A stretch of DNA of 64,000 bases. Origin: Candidatus Binatia bacterium. GTDB taxonomy: Bacteria > Desulfobacterota > Binatia > HRBIN30. Location: positions 64,001 to 128,000 of the forward strand of contig JBBRSP010000006.1 in the NCBI GenBank assembly GCA_038245295.1. The letters are read 5' to 3'. The notes beneath the pieces are model-generated. The model was not told the origin of the DNA. It did no database searches and saw only the letters and a list, made by a program, of their open reading frames with translations. Below, piece after piece: positions 24,954 to 35,777 of this stretch. Numbering within the stretch: position 1 is the stretch's first letter; every line of letters begins with the position of its first letter. Both the position numbers and the translations under genes were made by a program.

Positions 24954-27707
24954 GTGACTAGTCTCGACTTTATCAATAGAGCAAACGCCGAGTACGTCGA
25001 GGCGTTATACGAAGAGTTCCGTCGCGATCCAAACTCGGTCGACGACACCTGGGCGCTGTTCTTCGCCGGGTTCGATGCGGCGCGCGGCAGCAATGGAGCC
25101 CAACCGGCGCAGACATCGACACTGCTGGCCATGCGCCCCGCACAGCATATCGGTGTCTTCGACTTGGTTCATTCGTATCGCGAGCTCGGCCACTTGATCG
25201 CCAATCTCGACCCGCTCGGACACAACCAGACGGCCCATCCGCTCCTCGAACCAAGCGAATTCGGCTTCAGCGCCGACGACCTGTCACGCGTCGTCGATGC
25301 ACCGATCCTCAAGGGTTACTCACGTGGTCCGTTGTCGGAAATCGTCGAGCACCTGCGCTCGACTTACTGCGGCACGATCGCCGTCGAGTACATGTACATC
25401 ACCGACAAGGAACAGCGAACCTGGCTGCAGGAACGCATGGAGCCGAATCTCAATAAACCCGACCTCAGCGGCAACGATCGTAAGCAAATCCTGTCGCAAT
25501 TGACGGCAACAGAAGGCTTCGAACAGTTCCTCCACACCAAATACGTCGGCCAGAAGCGTTTCTCGCTCGAAGGCGGCGACTCGATTATCCCGATGCTGGA
25601 TTTGATGATCGAGGACGGCGCGAAGTCGGGAGTCCGCGAGATCGTCATGGGGATGGCGCACCGCGGTCGCCTCAACGTCCTCGCTCATATCCTACGCAAG
25701 CCCTACGAAATGATCTTCTCCGAGTTCGAAGGGACTCGCCTGCCGTCCCACATTCTCGGCGACGGCGACGTCAAATATCACCTTGGGTACTCACGTGATC
25801 ACACCACCCGTGCCGGCTTGCCGATCCATCTTTCCTTGTGCTCCAACCCGAGCCATCTCGAAGTAATCAATCCGGTCGTCGAGGGTATCGTGCGCGCCAA
25901 ACAGCACTACCTCAACGACGACGAGCGCGAACAGGTCGTCCCCATTTTGATCCATGGGGACGCGGCGTTCACCGGCCAGGGCCTCGTATGGGAAACGCTC
26001 GCGCTGGCCGAGCTCACCGGTTACCACACCGGCGGCACGGTCCACATCATCATCAATAACCAGATTGGGTTCACCGCTACTCCGAAGGAATGTCGCTTCA
26101 CCCGTTACCCGAGCGATGTCGCCAAAGCGATCGAAGTGCCGGTGTTCCATGTCAATGGCGACGACCCGGAAGCGGCAGTCCATGCCGCACGCCTGGCGAT
26201 GGCATTTCGAGAGGAGTTCAAGAAGGACGTCATCATCGATCTCGTGTGCTACCGGCGTTACGGTCACAATGAAACGGATGAGCCGGCATTCACCCAGCCT
26301 GTCATGTATCGCGAGATCGCCGCCCATCCGACCGTACGGACGGTGTACGCAGATCGACTTCTCAACGAAGGCGTCGCCACCACCGAGGAAATCGAGCAAG
26401 GCGCCACCGCGCTGCGGGAGCTGTGGAACGACGCCTTGAACTATGCCCGTGACTTCATGCCGCGCCAGCAAGTGTTCGCGCTCGGCGGCGTTTGGAAGGG
26501 CATGCAGTGGGCCGGTAAAGACTGGAGCTCCCATACGGCAGTTCCAGCGGAGACGCTGCAGCGCATCGTCAAGAGCACGCTGGAGTTGCCGGCCGATTTC
26601 GCCGTCTTGCCAAAAGCCCGGAAGATCCTCGACCAGCGCGCCGAAATGCTCAAGGACGAGGGTTCGATCGACTGGGGCTGCGCCGAGATGTTGGCCTTCG
26701 GATCGCTGTTGCTCGAAGGCACCCATGTGCGGCTGAGCGGGCAGGACAGCGGCCGCGGCACGTTTAGTCATCGACACTCGGTCCTGCGCGACATCAACAC
26801 GAACGCTCGCTACGAGCCGCTCAATCACTTGAGCGATTCTCAGGGCCGTTTTCGCGTCATCGACAGTATGCTGTCGGAAGCCGCCGTGCTCGGCTTCGAG
26901 TACGGGTTCGCCGCCGCCGACCCACGCAACCTCGTGTTGTGGGAAGGACAATTCGGCGACTTTGCCAACGGCGCACAAGCCATCATCGATCAGTTCATCG
27001 CCTCGGCCGAATCGAAATGGCAAAAGATGAGTGGTCTCGTGATGTTGCTGCCGCATGGCTACGAAGGCCAGGGGCCAGAGCACTCGAGCGCTAGACTCGA
27101 ACGGTATCTGCAGCTTTGCGCCGAAGACAATTTGCAGGTGTGCAACCTGTCGACACCGGCGCAGTATTTCCACGCCCTACGCCGCCAGATCCATCGGAAT
27201 TTCCGCAAGCCGCTGATCGTCATGAGCCCTAAGAGCCTGCTGCGTCATCGTTTGGCAGTCTCCCCGACCAGCGAGTTTACACATGGGACGTTTCAACCAC
27301 TGCTTCCAGAAGCCGAGCTCACCGACCTCGCCAAGGTCAATCGGATCGTCTTCTGCACCGGCAAGATCTACTACGATCTGCTGGTGGCGCGACGCGAGCG
27401 TGGCATCGACGATGTCGCCCTGATTCGGATCGAACAGCTCTACCCGTTCCCGGCAAAGGAAGTCGAAGCCGCCTTGGCCCAGTACAATCCGAAGTGCGAA
27501 ATCATCTGGGTGCAGGAAGAGCCTTGGAACATGGGCGCCTGGCACGAGATGTATCGTCGCCTGCGCCGGGTGTTGCCGGATGGGCGGGACGTCCAATACT
27601 CCGGTCGTAAGGCAGCGGCGAGTCCAGCCAGCGGTTCGTACAAAGTACACAACGCCGAACAAACTGAAATCATTAATAACGCCCTCCGGAGACCCCATGG
27701 CCGCTGA
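24954..27707 (+). CDS. sucA: 2-oxoglutarate dehydrogenase E1
   Basis: [59 protein letters not shown]. Confidence 0.97.
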   Translation: MTSLDFINRANAEYVEALYEEFRRDPNSVDDTWALFFAGFDAARGSNGAQPAQTSTLLAMRPAQHIGVFDLVHSYRELGHLIANLDPLGHNQTAHPLLEPSEFGFSADDLSRVVDAPILKGYSRGPLSEIVEHLRSTYCGTIAVEYMYITDKEQRTWLQERMEPNLNKPDLSGNDRKQILSQLTATEGFEQFLHTKYVGQKRFSLEGGDSIIPMLDLMIEDGAKSGVREIVMGMAHRGRLNVLAHILRKPYEMIFSEFEGTRLPSHILGDGDVKYHLGYSRDHTTRAGLPIHLSLCSNPSHLEVINPVVEGIVRAKQHYLNDDEREQVVPILIHGDAAFTGQGLVWETLALAELTGYHTGGTVHIIINNQIGFTATPKECRFTRYPSDVAKAIEVPVFHVNGDDPEAAVHAARLAMAFREEFKKDVIIDLVCYRRYGHNETDEPAFTQPVMYREIAAHPTVRTVYADRLLNEGVATTEEIEQGATALRELWNDALNYARDFMPRQQVFALGGVWKGMQWAGKDWSSHTAVPAETLQRIVKSTLELPADFAVLPKARKILDQRAEMLKDEGSIDWGCAEMLAFGSLLLEGTHVRLSGQDSGRGTFSHRHSVLRDINTNARYEPLNHLSDSQGRFRVIDSMLSEAAVLGFEYGFAAADPRNLVLWEGQFGDFANGAQAIIDQFIASAESKWQKMSGLVMLLPHGYEGQGPEHSSARLERYLQLCAEDNLQVCNLSTPAQYFHALRRQIHRNFRKPLIVMSPKSLLRHRLAVSPTSEFTHGTFQPLLPEAELTDLAKVNRIVFCTGKIYYDLLVARRERGIDDVALIRIEQLYPFPAKEVEAALAQYNPKCEIIWVQEEPWNMGAWHEMYRRLRRVLPDGRDVQYSGRKAAASPASGSYKVHNAEQTEIINNALRRPHGR

Positions 27708-28956
27708 AGTTCGCATCCCTACCCTCGGTGAGTCGGTTACCGAGGGCGTCATCGTCCGCTGGATCAAGAAGGAAGGCGATTCGGTGAAAACCGATGAGCC
27801 TTTGCTCGAGCTCGAGACCGACAAGGCGAGTGTCGAAGTGCCCGCCGTTCGCGGTGGGGTCCTGCATATCGTCAAGCCGGAAGGCGCCACGGTACAGGTC
27901 GGAGAGGTCGTCGCCACCATTGATGGCGCCGCCACTTCAACTGCCTCCGCCACCCCGCCGCCGGTCGAACCCGCCAAGCCAGCAAGCCCTCCGGCCACGC
28001 CACCCGCCGACCTATCAACGGTCGCAGGAAAGGCACCGTCTGCCATCGAGACAGGCTTGAGCCCGGCCGTGCGCAAATTGGTGGCCGAACACGATATCCA
28101 ACCGGATCAGATTGCCGCCACCGGGCGTGGTGGTCGTATCACCAAGGCGGATGTTCTGGCGCACATCGAGAAGACGGTGACACCCGAAGAACAAGCGCCC
28201 GCCGATCCAACGACACCCGCCGCACCAACCCCACCGGTGACCACAGCCCCGGTCAGTGCTGACGTCGAGCGTGTGCCGATGACACACCTGCGCCGCCGCA
28301 TCGCCGAACGTCTCGTGCAAGCGCAACATACCGCCGCGATCCTGACGACGTTCAACGAAGTTGACATGACCAATGTCATGGACCTGCGCGCGCGGCACAA
28401 GGAACGATTCAAACAAGTCCACGGCGTCTCCCTCGGCTTCATGTCGTTCTTCGCGCGCGCCTGTATCCATGCGCTGCGCGACGTACCGGTCGCCAACGCC
28501 CAGATCGATGGCAATGACGTCGTCTACCACAAGCATGTCCATCTTGGCGTCGCGGTTGGGACTGAACGCGGGCTGGTCGTCCCAGTCGTGCACAACGCCG
28601 ACCTGCTCAGCTTTGCCGAAGTCGAAAAGGAGATTGAACGTCTTGCCGGCTTGGCGCGCATCAGCAAGCTGGGCATTTCCGATTTGAGCGGCGGAACCTT
28701 CACGATCTCGAACGGCGGCGTTTACGGCTCTTTGATGTCGACGCCGATCCTCAACCCGCCGCAAGCCGCGATACTCGGGATGCACAAGATTGAAAAACGT
28801 CCGGTCGTCGTCGGCGATCAAATCGTCATCCGACCAATGATGTACCTTGCCGTTTCTTACGATCACCGACTCATCGACGGCGAGCATGCTGTCACCTTCC
28901 TGGTGCGCATCAAAGAGCGCCTCGAAGATCCGACTCGTCTGCTCTTCGACGTCTGA
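27697..28956 (+). CDS. sucB: Dihydrolipoyllysine succinyltransferase E2
   Basis: [13 protein letters not shown] lipoyl Lys, [28 protein letters not shown]. Confidence 0.97.
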   Translation: MAAEVRIPTLGESVTEGVIVRWIKKEGDSVKTDEPLLELETDKASVEVPAVRGGVLHIVKPEGATVQVGEVVATIDGAATSTASATPPPVEPAKPASPPATPPADLSTVAGKAPSAIETGLSPAVRKLVAEHDIQPDQIAATGRGGRITKADVLAHIEKTVTPEEQAPADPTTPAAPTPPVTTAPVSADVERVPMTHLRRRIAERLVQAQHTAAILTTFNEVDMTNVMDLRARHKERFKQVHGVSLGFMSFFARACIHALRDVPVANAQIDGNDVVYHKHVHLGVAVGTERGLVVPVVHNADLLSFAEVEKEIERLAGLARISKLGISDLSGGTFTISNGGVYGSLMSTPILNPPQAAILGMHKIEKRPVVVGDQIVIRPMMYLAVSYDHRLIDGEHAVTFLVRIKERLEDPTRLLFDV

Positions 28957-28964
28957 GCAATCCG

Positions 28965-30365
28965 ATGGCACCCAACAACGATTTCGATCTCGTCGTCATC
29001 GGCTCTGGGCCGGGCGGCTACATGGCAGCCATTCGCGCCGCCCAACTCGGCATGCGCGTTGCCTGTGTCGAGAAGGATCAGGCGCCCGGCGGCACTTGTC
29101 TCAACATCGGCTGCATCCCGAGCAAAGCCATGCTCGATTCGAGCGAGCGTTTCCACGTGGCAAAGAGCGGACTCGCCGCTCACGGCATCAAGGTCAGCGG
29201 CGTCGAGCTGGATTTGCCGACCATGCTGTCACGTAAGGACCGTGTCGTAAAAACCCTGACAAGCGGAGTCAGCGGTCTCCTCAAGAAACACAAGATTGAA
29301 CGGGTCATCGGGATCGGCCGCCTGACGTCACCGACGACGGTGGAGGTCACCGGCGGCGAAACGCGCACTCTGACGACCAAGAAGGTCTTGATCGCCACGG
29401 GAAGCGCGCCGATCGCTCTGCCGGCACTGCCTTTCGACGGCAAACGTATTGTCTGTTCTACAGAAGCGCTGGCGTTCACCAGCGTCCCGAAGACCATGCT
29501 CGTTGTCGGCGCCGGCGCCATTGGCCTCGAGCTCGGCTCGGTTTGGGCGCGGCTTGGTACCGCTGTGCACGTCGTCGAATTCCTCGACCGTATCGTCCCC
29601 GGCATGGATCGTAAGATGGGTGAGGCGCTGCAGAAGCTGCTGCAGAAGCAAGGAATCACCTTCCAATTGCAGACGACAGCCAAAGCCGCCAAGGTTTCGC
29701 AAACCGGTGTGACGGTTACCCTGGAAAGCAACGGCGTCAGCGAGCAGCGTGAAGCCGAGGTCGTGCTGGTTGCCGTCGGGCGCCGCCCCTACACCGAAGG
29801 CCTGGGCGCCAAAGAGATCGGCGTCGAGCTGGATGCGAAGGGCCGCATCGTCGTCGACGCCCACTTCCAGACCAAAGTTCCCGGGGTTTTCGCGATCGGT
29901 GACGTCATCGCCGGCCCGATGCTGGCGCACAAAGCAGAAGAAGAAGGTGTTGCCGCCGTCGAGTCCATGGCGGGCCAGGCCGGTCACGTGAATTACGAAG
30001 CGATCCCCTCGGTTGTTTACACCGCCCCCGAGTTGGCCGCGGTTGGCATCACCGAGGAGCAGGCAAAAGAACGCGGTCTCGATATCCGGATCGGCACCTT
30101 CCCGTTCCTGGCCAACGGCCGCGCCAAGGCGATGGGCGAAACGGACGGCATGGTGAAGATGATTGCCGATGCCAAGACCGACCGTGTTCTCGGCATCCAT
30201 ATCCTTGGCGCTCGCGCCTCCGATATGATCGCCGAAGCTGTCGTGGCGATGGAATTTTACGCCAGCTCGGAAGACATCGCGCGTTCGTCGCATGCACACC
30301 CGACGATGCCGGAGGCCATCAAAGAAGCCGCGCTCGCCGTTCACGGACGGACGCTGAACCTCTGA
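28965..30365 (+). CDS. lpdA: Dihydrolipoamide dehydrogenase E3
   Basis: GSGPGGY, GGTCLNIGCIPSK, MLAHKAEEEG, HAHPTMPE. Confidence 0.97.
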   Translation: MAPNNDFDLVVIGSGPGGYMAAIRAAQLGMRVACVEKDQAPGGTCLNIGCIPSKAMLDSSERFHVAKSGLAAHGIKVSGVELDLPTMLSRKDRVVKTLTSGVSGLLKKHKIERVIGIGRLTSPTTVEVTGGETRTLTTKKVLIATGSAPIALPALPFDGKRIVCSTEALAFTSVPKTMLVVGAGAIGLELGSVWARLGTAVHVVEFLDRIVPGMDRKMGEALQKLLQKQGITFQLQTTAKAAKVSQTGVTVTLESNGVSEQREAEVVLVAVGRRPYTEGLGAKEIGVELDAKGRIVVDAHFQTKVPGVFAIGDVIAGPMLAHKAEEEGVAAVESMAGQAGHVNYEAIPSVVYTAPELAAVGITEEQAKERGLDIRIGTFPFLANGRAKAMGETDGMVKMIADAKTDRVLGIHILGARASDMIAEAVVAMEFYASSEDIARSSHAHPTMPEAIKEAALAVHGRTLNL

Positions 30366-30416
30366 TCGTCTGATCCACAAGCGCGACGCGAGAAAACGAC
30401 GCTCTCCTCAACCCGA

Positions 30417-32792
30417 TCATCCGTTCCATTTCCAATTGCGGATCTCCGGCAGATCCTCGCCGTGTTGGTCGATGTACTGCTTGTGCTCGATGAGTTTTTG
30501 TTTGAGTTGCTGCTTCAAGTAGAGGCCTCTGTCGCCGGTTTGTGGCAGGCGATCGATCGTATCCATCACGAGGTGGAAGCGATCGAGGTCGTTCAGCACC
30601 GTCATATCGAACGGCGTGGTGATCGTACCCTCTTCCTTGTAGCCACGCACGTGAATGTTGCTGTGATTGGTGCGGCGATAGGTAAGTCGGTGGATCAGCC
30701 ACGGATACGCATGGAAGGCAAAAATGACTGGCTTGTCCTTCGTGAACAGCTCGTCGAAATCCATATCGCTCAGCCCGTGCGGGTGCTCGCTCTGCGGTTG
30801 CAACCGCATGAGGTCAACGACATTGACGACGCGGATTTTCAGCTCGGGTAGCTGTTCGCGCAGGATGGAAGTCGCGGCCAGAGTTTCGAGCGTTGGAACG
30901 TCGCCACAGCATGCCATGACGACGTCGGGAGCTACCCCCTGATCGTTGCTGGCCCATTGCCAGATGCCGATACCCTGGGTGCAGTGTTTGACTGCCGCCT
31001 CCATTGTCAGCCACTGCGGTGCCGGGTGTTTGCCGGCGATGACGACATTGACGTAATGGCGGCTGCGCAAGCAGTGGTCCATCACCGAAAGCAGGCAGTT
31101 GGCATCCGGCGGTAGATACACACGAACAACCTCCGCCTTCTTGTTCACGACATGGTCTATGAAGCCGGGGTCCTGGTGCGTGAACCCATTATGATCCTGG
31201 CGCCAGACATGTGACGCCAGGAGATAGTTGAGCGAGGCAATCTTGTGTCGCCAAGGAAGCCGCGCCGTGACCTTCAACCACTTGGCGTGCTGGTTGAACA
31301 TCGAATCGACGATGTGGATGAACGCCTCATAGCAGTTGAAGAGTCCATGCCGTCCCGTAAGTAGGTAGCCCTCGAGCCAGCCCTCGCATTGGTGCTCACT
31401 GAGCATTTCCAGCACGCGCCCTGTCGGTGCGAGGAACTCATCGTTCGGAAGGGTGGCAGCATCCCATTGACGTTGGGTCGCTCCGAAAAGGGCCTCCAAG
31501 CCGTTGGAGAGCGTCTCGTCGGGGCCAAAGACGCGGAAGTTTCGCTGGTCGCTGTTGAGTTTCACGACATCACGCAGGAAAGGTCCGAGCACATGCGTGT
31601 CGCCGATGCCACGCGCTCCAGGTGCAGGAACATCCGCGGCGTAGTCGCGGAAATCCGGCATACGGAGATCGTGCAGAAGGATGCCGCCGTTAGCGTGCGG
31701 ATTCGCGCCCATGCGGCGATCTCCCCTGGGAGCCAGGTCCGCAAGCTCGGGCTTCAGGCAACCCTGCTCGTCGAACAACTCCTGCGGTCGGTAGCTCCGC
31801 AGCCACTCTTCCAACAACTCGAGGTGCTCAGGATGCGCCGCCGGGTGGAGCGGCACCTGGTGCGATCGGAAGGTGTCTTCCACCGCAAGACCGTCGACTA
31901 CCTTTGGCCCGGTCCAGCCCTTGGGCGAACGGAGGACGATCATCGGCCAGCGTGGACGCACGAAGTTGCCCGAATCGTGATTCGCGCGAGCCGCCTGCTG
32001 GATCGCTCGGATCTGTTCCACCGCCTTGTCGAGCGCCGTCGCCATGGCCTCGTGCATCGGCTCAGGCTCGTGACCTTCGACAAAAATCGGAGTCCAACCG
32101 TAACCGCGCAGCAACTGTTCCAGTTCTTCGTGGGTGATACGCGCCAGAATCGTCGGGTTCGCAATCTTGTACCCATTCAAATGGAGGATCGGCAGCACGG
32201 CGCCGTCGCCGACCGGGTTCAGGAACTTGTTGGAATGCCAGGCCGTTGCCAGCGGTCCGGTTTCCGCTTCTCCATCGCCGACGACGCACGCGACGATGAG
32301 GTCAGGATTGTCGAACACCGCTCCAAACGAATGGCTCAGCGAGTAGCCCAACTCACCGCCCTCGTGGATCGATCCGGGTGTCTCCGGTGAGGCGTGGCTC
32401 GGAATTCCGCCTGGAAACGAAAACTGAAGAAACAGCTTCCGCAGCCCCGCTTCGTCTCGGCCGATGTCGGGATAGATCTCGCTGTACGTGCCTTCGAGGT
32501 ACGTGTTGGCGACGACGGCCGGCCCACCGTGTCCCGGGCCGGAGACAAAGATCATATCGAGATCGTATTTCTTGATGACCCGGTTCAGATGCACGTATAT
32601 GAAGTTCTGCCCGGGGGTCGTGCCCCAATGCCCGAGCAACATGTGCTTCACATCCGTGAGCGCCAGCGGCCGCTTCAGAAGGGGGTTGTCGTAGAGAAAG
32701 ATCTGTCCGACCGACAGGTAGTTTGCAGCCCGCCAATAAGCATCCATCTGGCGCCGCAGATCCGGGGCAAGTGTCGTATTGTCGCTGTTCAT
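30417..32792 (-). CDS. xfp: Xylulose-5-phosphate/fructose-6-phosphate phosphoketolase
   Basis: [51 protein letters not shown]. Confidence 0.97.
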   Translation of the reverse strand: MNSDNTTLAPDLRRQMDAYWRAANYLSVGQIFLYDNPLLKRPLALTDVKHMLLGHWGTTPGQNFIYVHLNRVIKKYDLDMIFVSGPGHGGPAVVANTYLEGTYSEIYPDIGRDEAGLRKLFLQFSFPGGIPSHASPETPGSIHEGGELGYSLSHSFGAVFDNPDLIVACVVGDGEAETGPLATAWHSNKFLNPVGDGAVLPILHLNGYKIANPTILARITHEELEQLLRGYGWTPIFVEGHEPEPMHEAMATALDKAVEQIRAIQQAARANHDSGNFVRPRWPMIVLRSPKGWTGPKVVDGLAVEDTFRSHQVPLHPAAHPEHLELLEEWLRSYRPQELFDEQGCLKPELADLAPRGDRRMGANPHANGGILLHDLRMPDFRDYAADVPAPGARGIGDTHVLGPFLRDVVKLNSDQRNFRVFGPDETLSNGLEALFGATQRQWDAATLPNDEFLAPTGRVLEMLSEHQCEGWLEGYLLTGRHGLFNCYEAFIHIVDSMFNQHAKWLKVTARLPWRHKIASLNYLLASHVWRQDHNGFTHQDPGFIDHVVNKKAEVVRVYLPPDANCLLSVMDHCLRSRHYVNVVIAGKHPAPQWLTMEAAVKHCTQGIGIWQWASNDQGVAPDVVMACCGDVPTLETLAATSILREQLPELKIRVVNVVDLMRLQPQSEHPHGLSDMDFDELFTKDKPVIFAFHAYPWLIHRLTYRRTNHSNIHVRGYKEEGTITTPFDMTVLNDLDRFHLVMDTIDRLPQTGDRGLYLKQQLKQKLIEHKQYIDQHGEDLPEIRNWKWNG

Positions 32793-34003
32793 CTGGCGAT
32801 TCCCTTCGCTGTTGGAGCAAGATCGAGAACGCGGCAGACTGATCGCGCGATCATCAGCTCTTCGTTCGTTCGAATGACGCGGACCGTCGCGCGGCTGGCG
32901 TCTGAAGAAATCACCCCTGCGTGCGCTTCGTTGCGCGACACGTTCAAGTCGATACCGAGGAAGCCGAGCCCTTCGCAGATGCGCGCACGCACCGGCGCGG
33001 CGTGCTCACCGATGCCTCCGGAGAACACCAAGGTATCGAGACCACCGAGCACGGCGGCGTAAGCCCCGATCCACTTCTTGGCCTGGTAGCAAAACAGCGC
33101 CACCGCCTCGGCGGCCCGAACATCGTCGGCTTCGCGCGCCAGCAATTCCCGCATGTCGGAGCTGGTCTCGGAAACGCCGAGCAGTCCGGAGTCGTGGTTC
33201 ATCATGTGGTCCAGCTGCGTGGCGCTCATTTGTTCGCCGCGCAGCAGAAAGGAAAGGAGTCCGGGGTCAACGTCGCCGGCACGTGTGCCCATCACCAGAC
33301 CAGCCGCCGGAGTGAATCCCATCGTCGTGTCCAGGCTGCCGCCATCACGCACCGCCGCCAGGCTCGCGCCGTTGCCCAGATGGGCAAAGATCACGCGGCC
33401 GTTCGCCGCACGTGAGCCCGCGAGATGCTCGAGCTCCTGCAGCAAATACTCGTAGGAGAGACCGTGGAACCCGTAGCGTCGAAGGCCCTGCCCCTCGTAC
33501 CGCCGCGGGATGGGCAACAAACGCGCCTGGCGCGGCATGGCGTGATGAAAGGCCGTGTCGAAGCAGGCGATCTGGGTGAGATCGGGGAAGCGGCGAACAA
33601 ACGCCTCGATCAACAGGATCGCTTCCGGCAAATGCTCGGGGTCGAACGGACTGAGTTGACGTAAGTCTTCGATCATTGCGGGCGTGATACGCTGCGGCTC
33701 CCAGTAGTTCGGGCCGCCATGCACGACGCGATGCCCGACGGCCACCAACGAACCGGGGTCGACGCGTTCTTGAAGCCAATCCATCAAGAGGCTGACGGCG
33801 GTCGAGTGATCCGGAACGCTCGCGGGTCGCGAGAAACGATCGCCCGAGTTCATGCCTTCTACGGTGAACTCACCCTGAGGCAACCCCACGCCTGCGATCC
33901 GGCCGTGCAGTACTCGCCCAGACGATTCGTCCGCTCCGAACAACGCGAACTTGATACTCGACGAGCCGCCGTTGATGGTTAGGACGCGTGATTGGGATGA
34001 CAT
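32789..34003 (-). CDS. ackA: Acetate kinase
   Basis: [54 protein letters not shown]. Confidence 0.96.
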   Translation of the reverse strand: MSSQSRVLTINGGSSSIKFALFGADESSGRVLHGRIAGVGLPQGEFTVEGMNSGDRFSRPASVPDHSTAVSLLMDWLQERVDPGSLVAVGHRVVHGGPNYWEPQRITPAMIEDLRQLSPFDPEHLPEAILLIEAFVRRFPDLTQIACFDTAFHHAMPRQARLLPIPRRYEGQGLRRYGFHGLSYEYLLQELEHLAGSRAANGRVIFAHLGNGASLAAVRDGGSLDTTMGFTPAAGLVMGTRAGDVDPGLLSFLLRGEQMSATQLDHMMNHDSGLLGVSETSSDMRELLAREADDVRAAEAVALFCYQAKKWIGAYAAVLGGLDTLVFSGGIGEHAAPVRARICEGLGFLGIDLNVSRNEAHAGVISSDASRATVRVIRTNEELMIARSVCRVLDLAPTAKGIAR

Positions 34004-34067
34004 CGCGCCCTTTCCTCACGGTGATCGGCCCCCGCCAGACCAGGCGTGGCCAGCCCGGAGCCGAGTA

Positions 34068-35711
34068 TCATGACGTCGCCCCCCGGAGATTTCGGTAGAG
34101 CCGAATCAGGGCATTGGTCGAACTGTCGTGGGAAAGTTGTGGTTCCGCGGTGCTCTCGATCTCAGGCACGATGCGTTGGGCCAGCACCTTCCCCAGCTCC
34201 ACACCCCACTGGTCGAACGAATCAAGCTCCCAGATGACACCTTGTGTGAAGACGCTGTGTTCGTAAAGCGCGACGAGCTTTCCGAGCGCCGCCGGGGTTA
34301 GCCGTTCGAGAAGAATCGTGTTGGACGGGCGGTTGCCTTCAAAGGTGCGATGCGGCGCCAACCAGGCCGGCGTGCCTTCACCTCTTACTTCTTTGGACGT
34401 CTTCCCAAAGGCCAACGCCTCGGCCTGGGCGAACACGTTGGCGAGGAGCAAGTCGTGATGGCGGCCGAGCGGGTTGAGCGACTGGGCGAAGGCGATGAAG
34501 TCGCACGGGATCAGCTTGGTTCCCTGATGAATCAGTTGGTAGAACGAATGCTGACCGTTCGTACCCGGCTCACCCCAGAAAATAGGTCCGGTCTGGTAGC
34601 TAACAGGTGCTCCGTCCAGCGTGACGTGTTTGCCATTGCTCTCCATTGTCAGCTGCTGAAGGTAGGCTGGGAAGCGCTTCAGGTATTGCTCGTAGGGCAG
34701 CACAGCGATGGTCTGGGCGCCGAAGAAGTTGTTGTACCAGACGGCCAAGAGGCCTAGTAGCACAGGCAGGTTGCGTTCGAACGGAGCGCTGCGGAAGTGC
34801 TCGTCCATCTCGTGGAAGCCGTCGAGCATGGCGCGAAAATTTCCGGGTCCGATGGCAAGCATGGTCGACAGACCAATCGCCGAGTCCATCGAGTAGCGAC
34901 CGCCGACCCAGTCCCAGAACTCGAACATGTTGTCGGTATCGATGCCAAACTTCGCGACCTCCGGCGCATTGGTCGAGACAGCGACGAAATGCCTGGCAAC
35001 CGCAGTGTCGTCCTTCAAGGTCTCGAGTGCCCAGGCGCGTGCTGAGTGTGCGTTGGTCATCGTCTCCAGCGTCGTGAACGTCTTGGACGAGATGATGAAC
35101 AGCGTCTCGGCAGCATCAAGATCGCATGTTGCCTCGGCGAAGTCGGTGCCATCGACGTTGGAAACGAAACGAAAGGTGATGTCGCGGCGGCTGTATTGCC
35201 GCAAGGCCTCGAAGGCCATCACAGGCCCCAGGTCAGACCCGCCGATGCCAACATTGATGACATTGCGGATGGCCTTGCCCGTATACCCCTTCCACTCACC
35301 ATTCCGCACGCGGTCGGAGAAGGCGGTCATCTTGTCTAACACGGCTTGGACTTGCGGCACGACGTCGACACCGTCGACGACGATCGATTGCCCCTTCGGT
35401 GCCCGCAAGGCCACGTGCAAAACGGCACGTTTCTCGGTGACGTTGATCTGCTCGGCGCCAAACATCGCGTCGATGCGTGACCGCAGACCGCATTCCTCAG
35501 CGAGTTGCAGCAGCAGCTTCAGCGTCTCGTCCGTGACGCGGTTCTTCGAATAGTCGAGGTAGATGCCAGCCGCTTCAGCGGTCAGACGCTCGCCGCGCGT
35601 CGAATCGTCGGCAAACAGTTGCCGCAGATGTTGCTTCCGGACTGTGGAGTAGTGGGTCTTCAGCGCCTTCCATGCGGCACGGTTCGCCAGCCCTTTTGTC
35701 GCTCGGGTCAT
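34068..35711 (-). CDS. pgi: Glucose-6-phosphate isomerase
   Basis: [45 protein letters not shown]. Start set at ATG 35711. Confidence 0.97.
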   Translation of the reverse strand: MTRATKGLANRAAWKALKTHYSTVRKQHLRQLFADDSTRGERLTAEAAGIYLDYSKNRVTDETLKLLLQLAEECGLRSRIDAMFGAEQINVTEKRAVLHVALRAPKGQSIVVDGVDVVPQVQAVLDKMTAFSDRVRNGEWKGYTGKAIRNVINVGIGGSDLGPVMAFEALRQYSRRDITFRFVSNVDGTDFAEATCDLDAAETLFIISSKTFTTLETMTNAHSARAWALETLKDDTAVARHFVAVSTNAPEVAKFGIDTDNMFEFWDWVGGRYSMDSAIGLSTMLAIGPGNFRAMLDGFHEMDEHFRSAPFERNLPVLLGLLAVWYNNFFGAQTIAVLPYEQYLKRFPAYLQQLTMESNGKHVTLDGAPVSYQTGPIFWGEPGTNGQHSFYQLIHQGTKLIPCDFIAFAQSLNPLGRHHDLLLANVFAQAEALAFGKTSKEVRGEGTPAWLAPHRTFEGNRPSNTILLERLTPAALGKLVALYEHSVFTQGVIWELDSFDQWGVELGKVLAQRIVPEIESTAEPQLSHDSSTNALIRLYRNLRGATS

Positions 35712-35777
35712 AGTCCGCGATCCTACCGCAGAACGGCCGATAGGACACCCCACAATCTGTGGGCGCGACGAGTGTGA

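Noticed and set aside
25791..27173. 460-aa antisense ORF, and similar ones opposite sucB, lpdA and xfp
   Set aside because: Shadow frames of well-conserved housekeeping genes.
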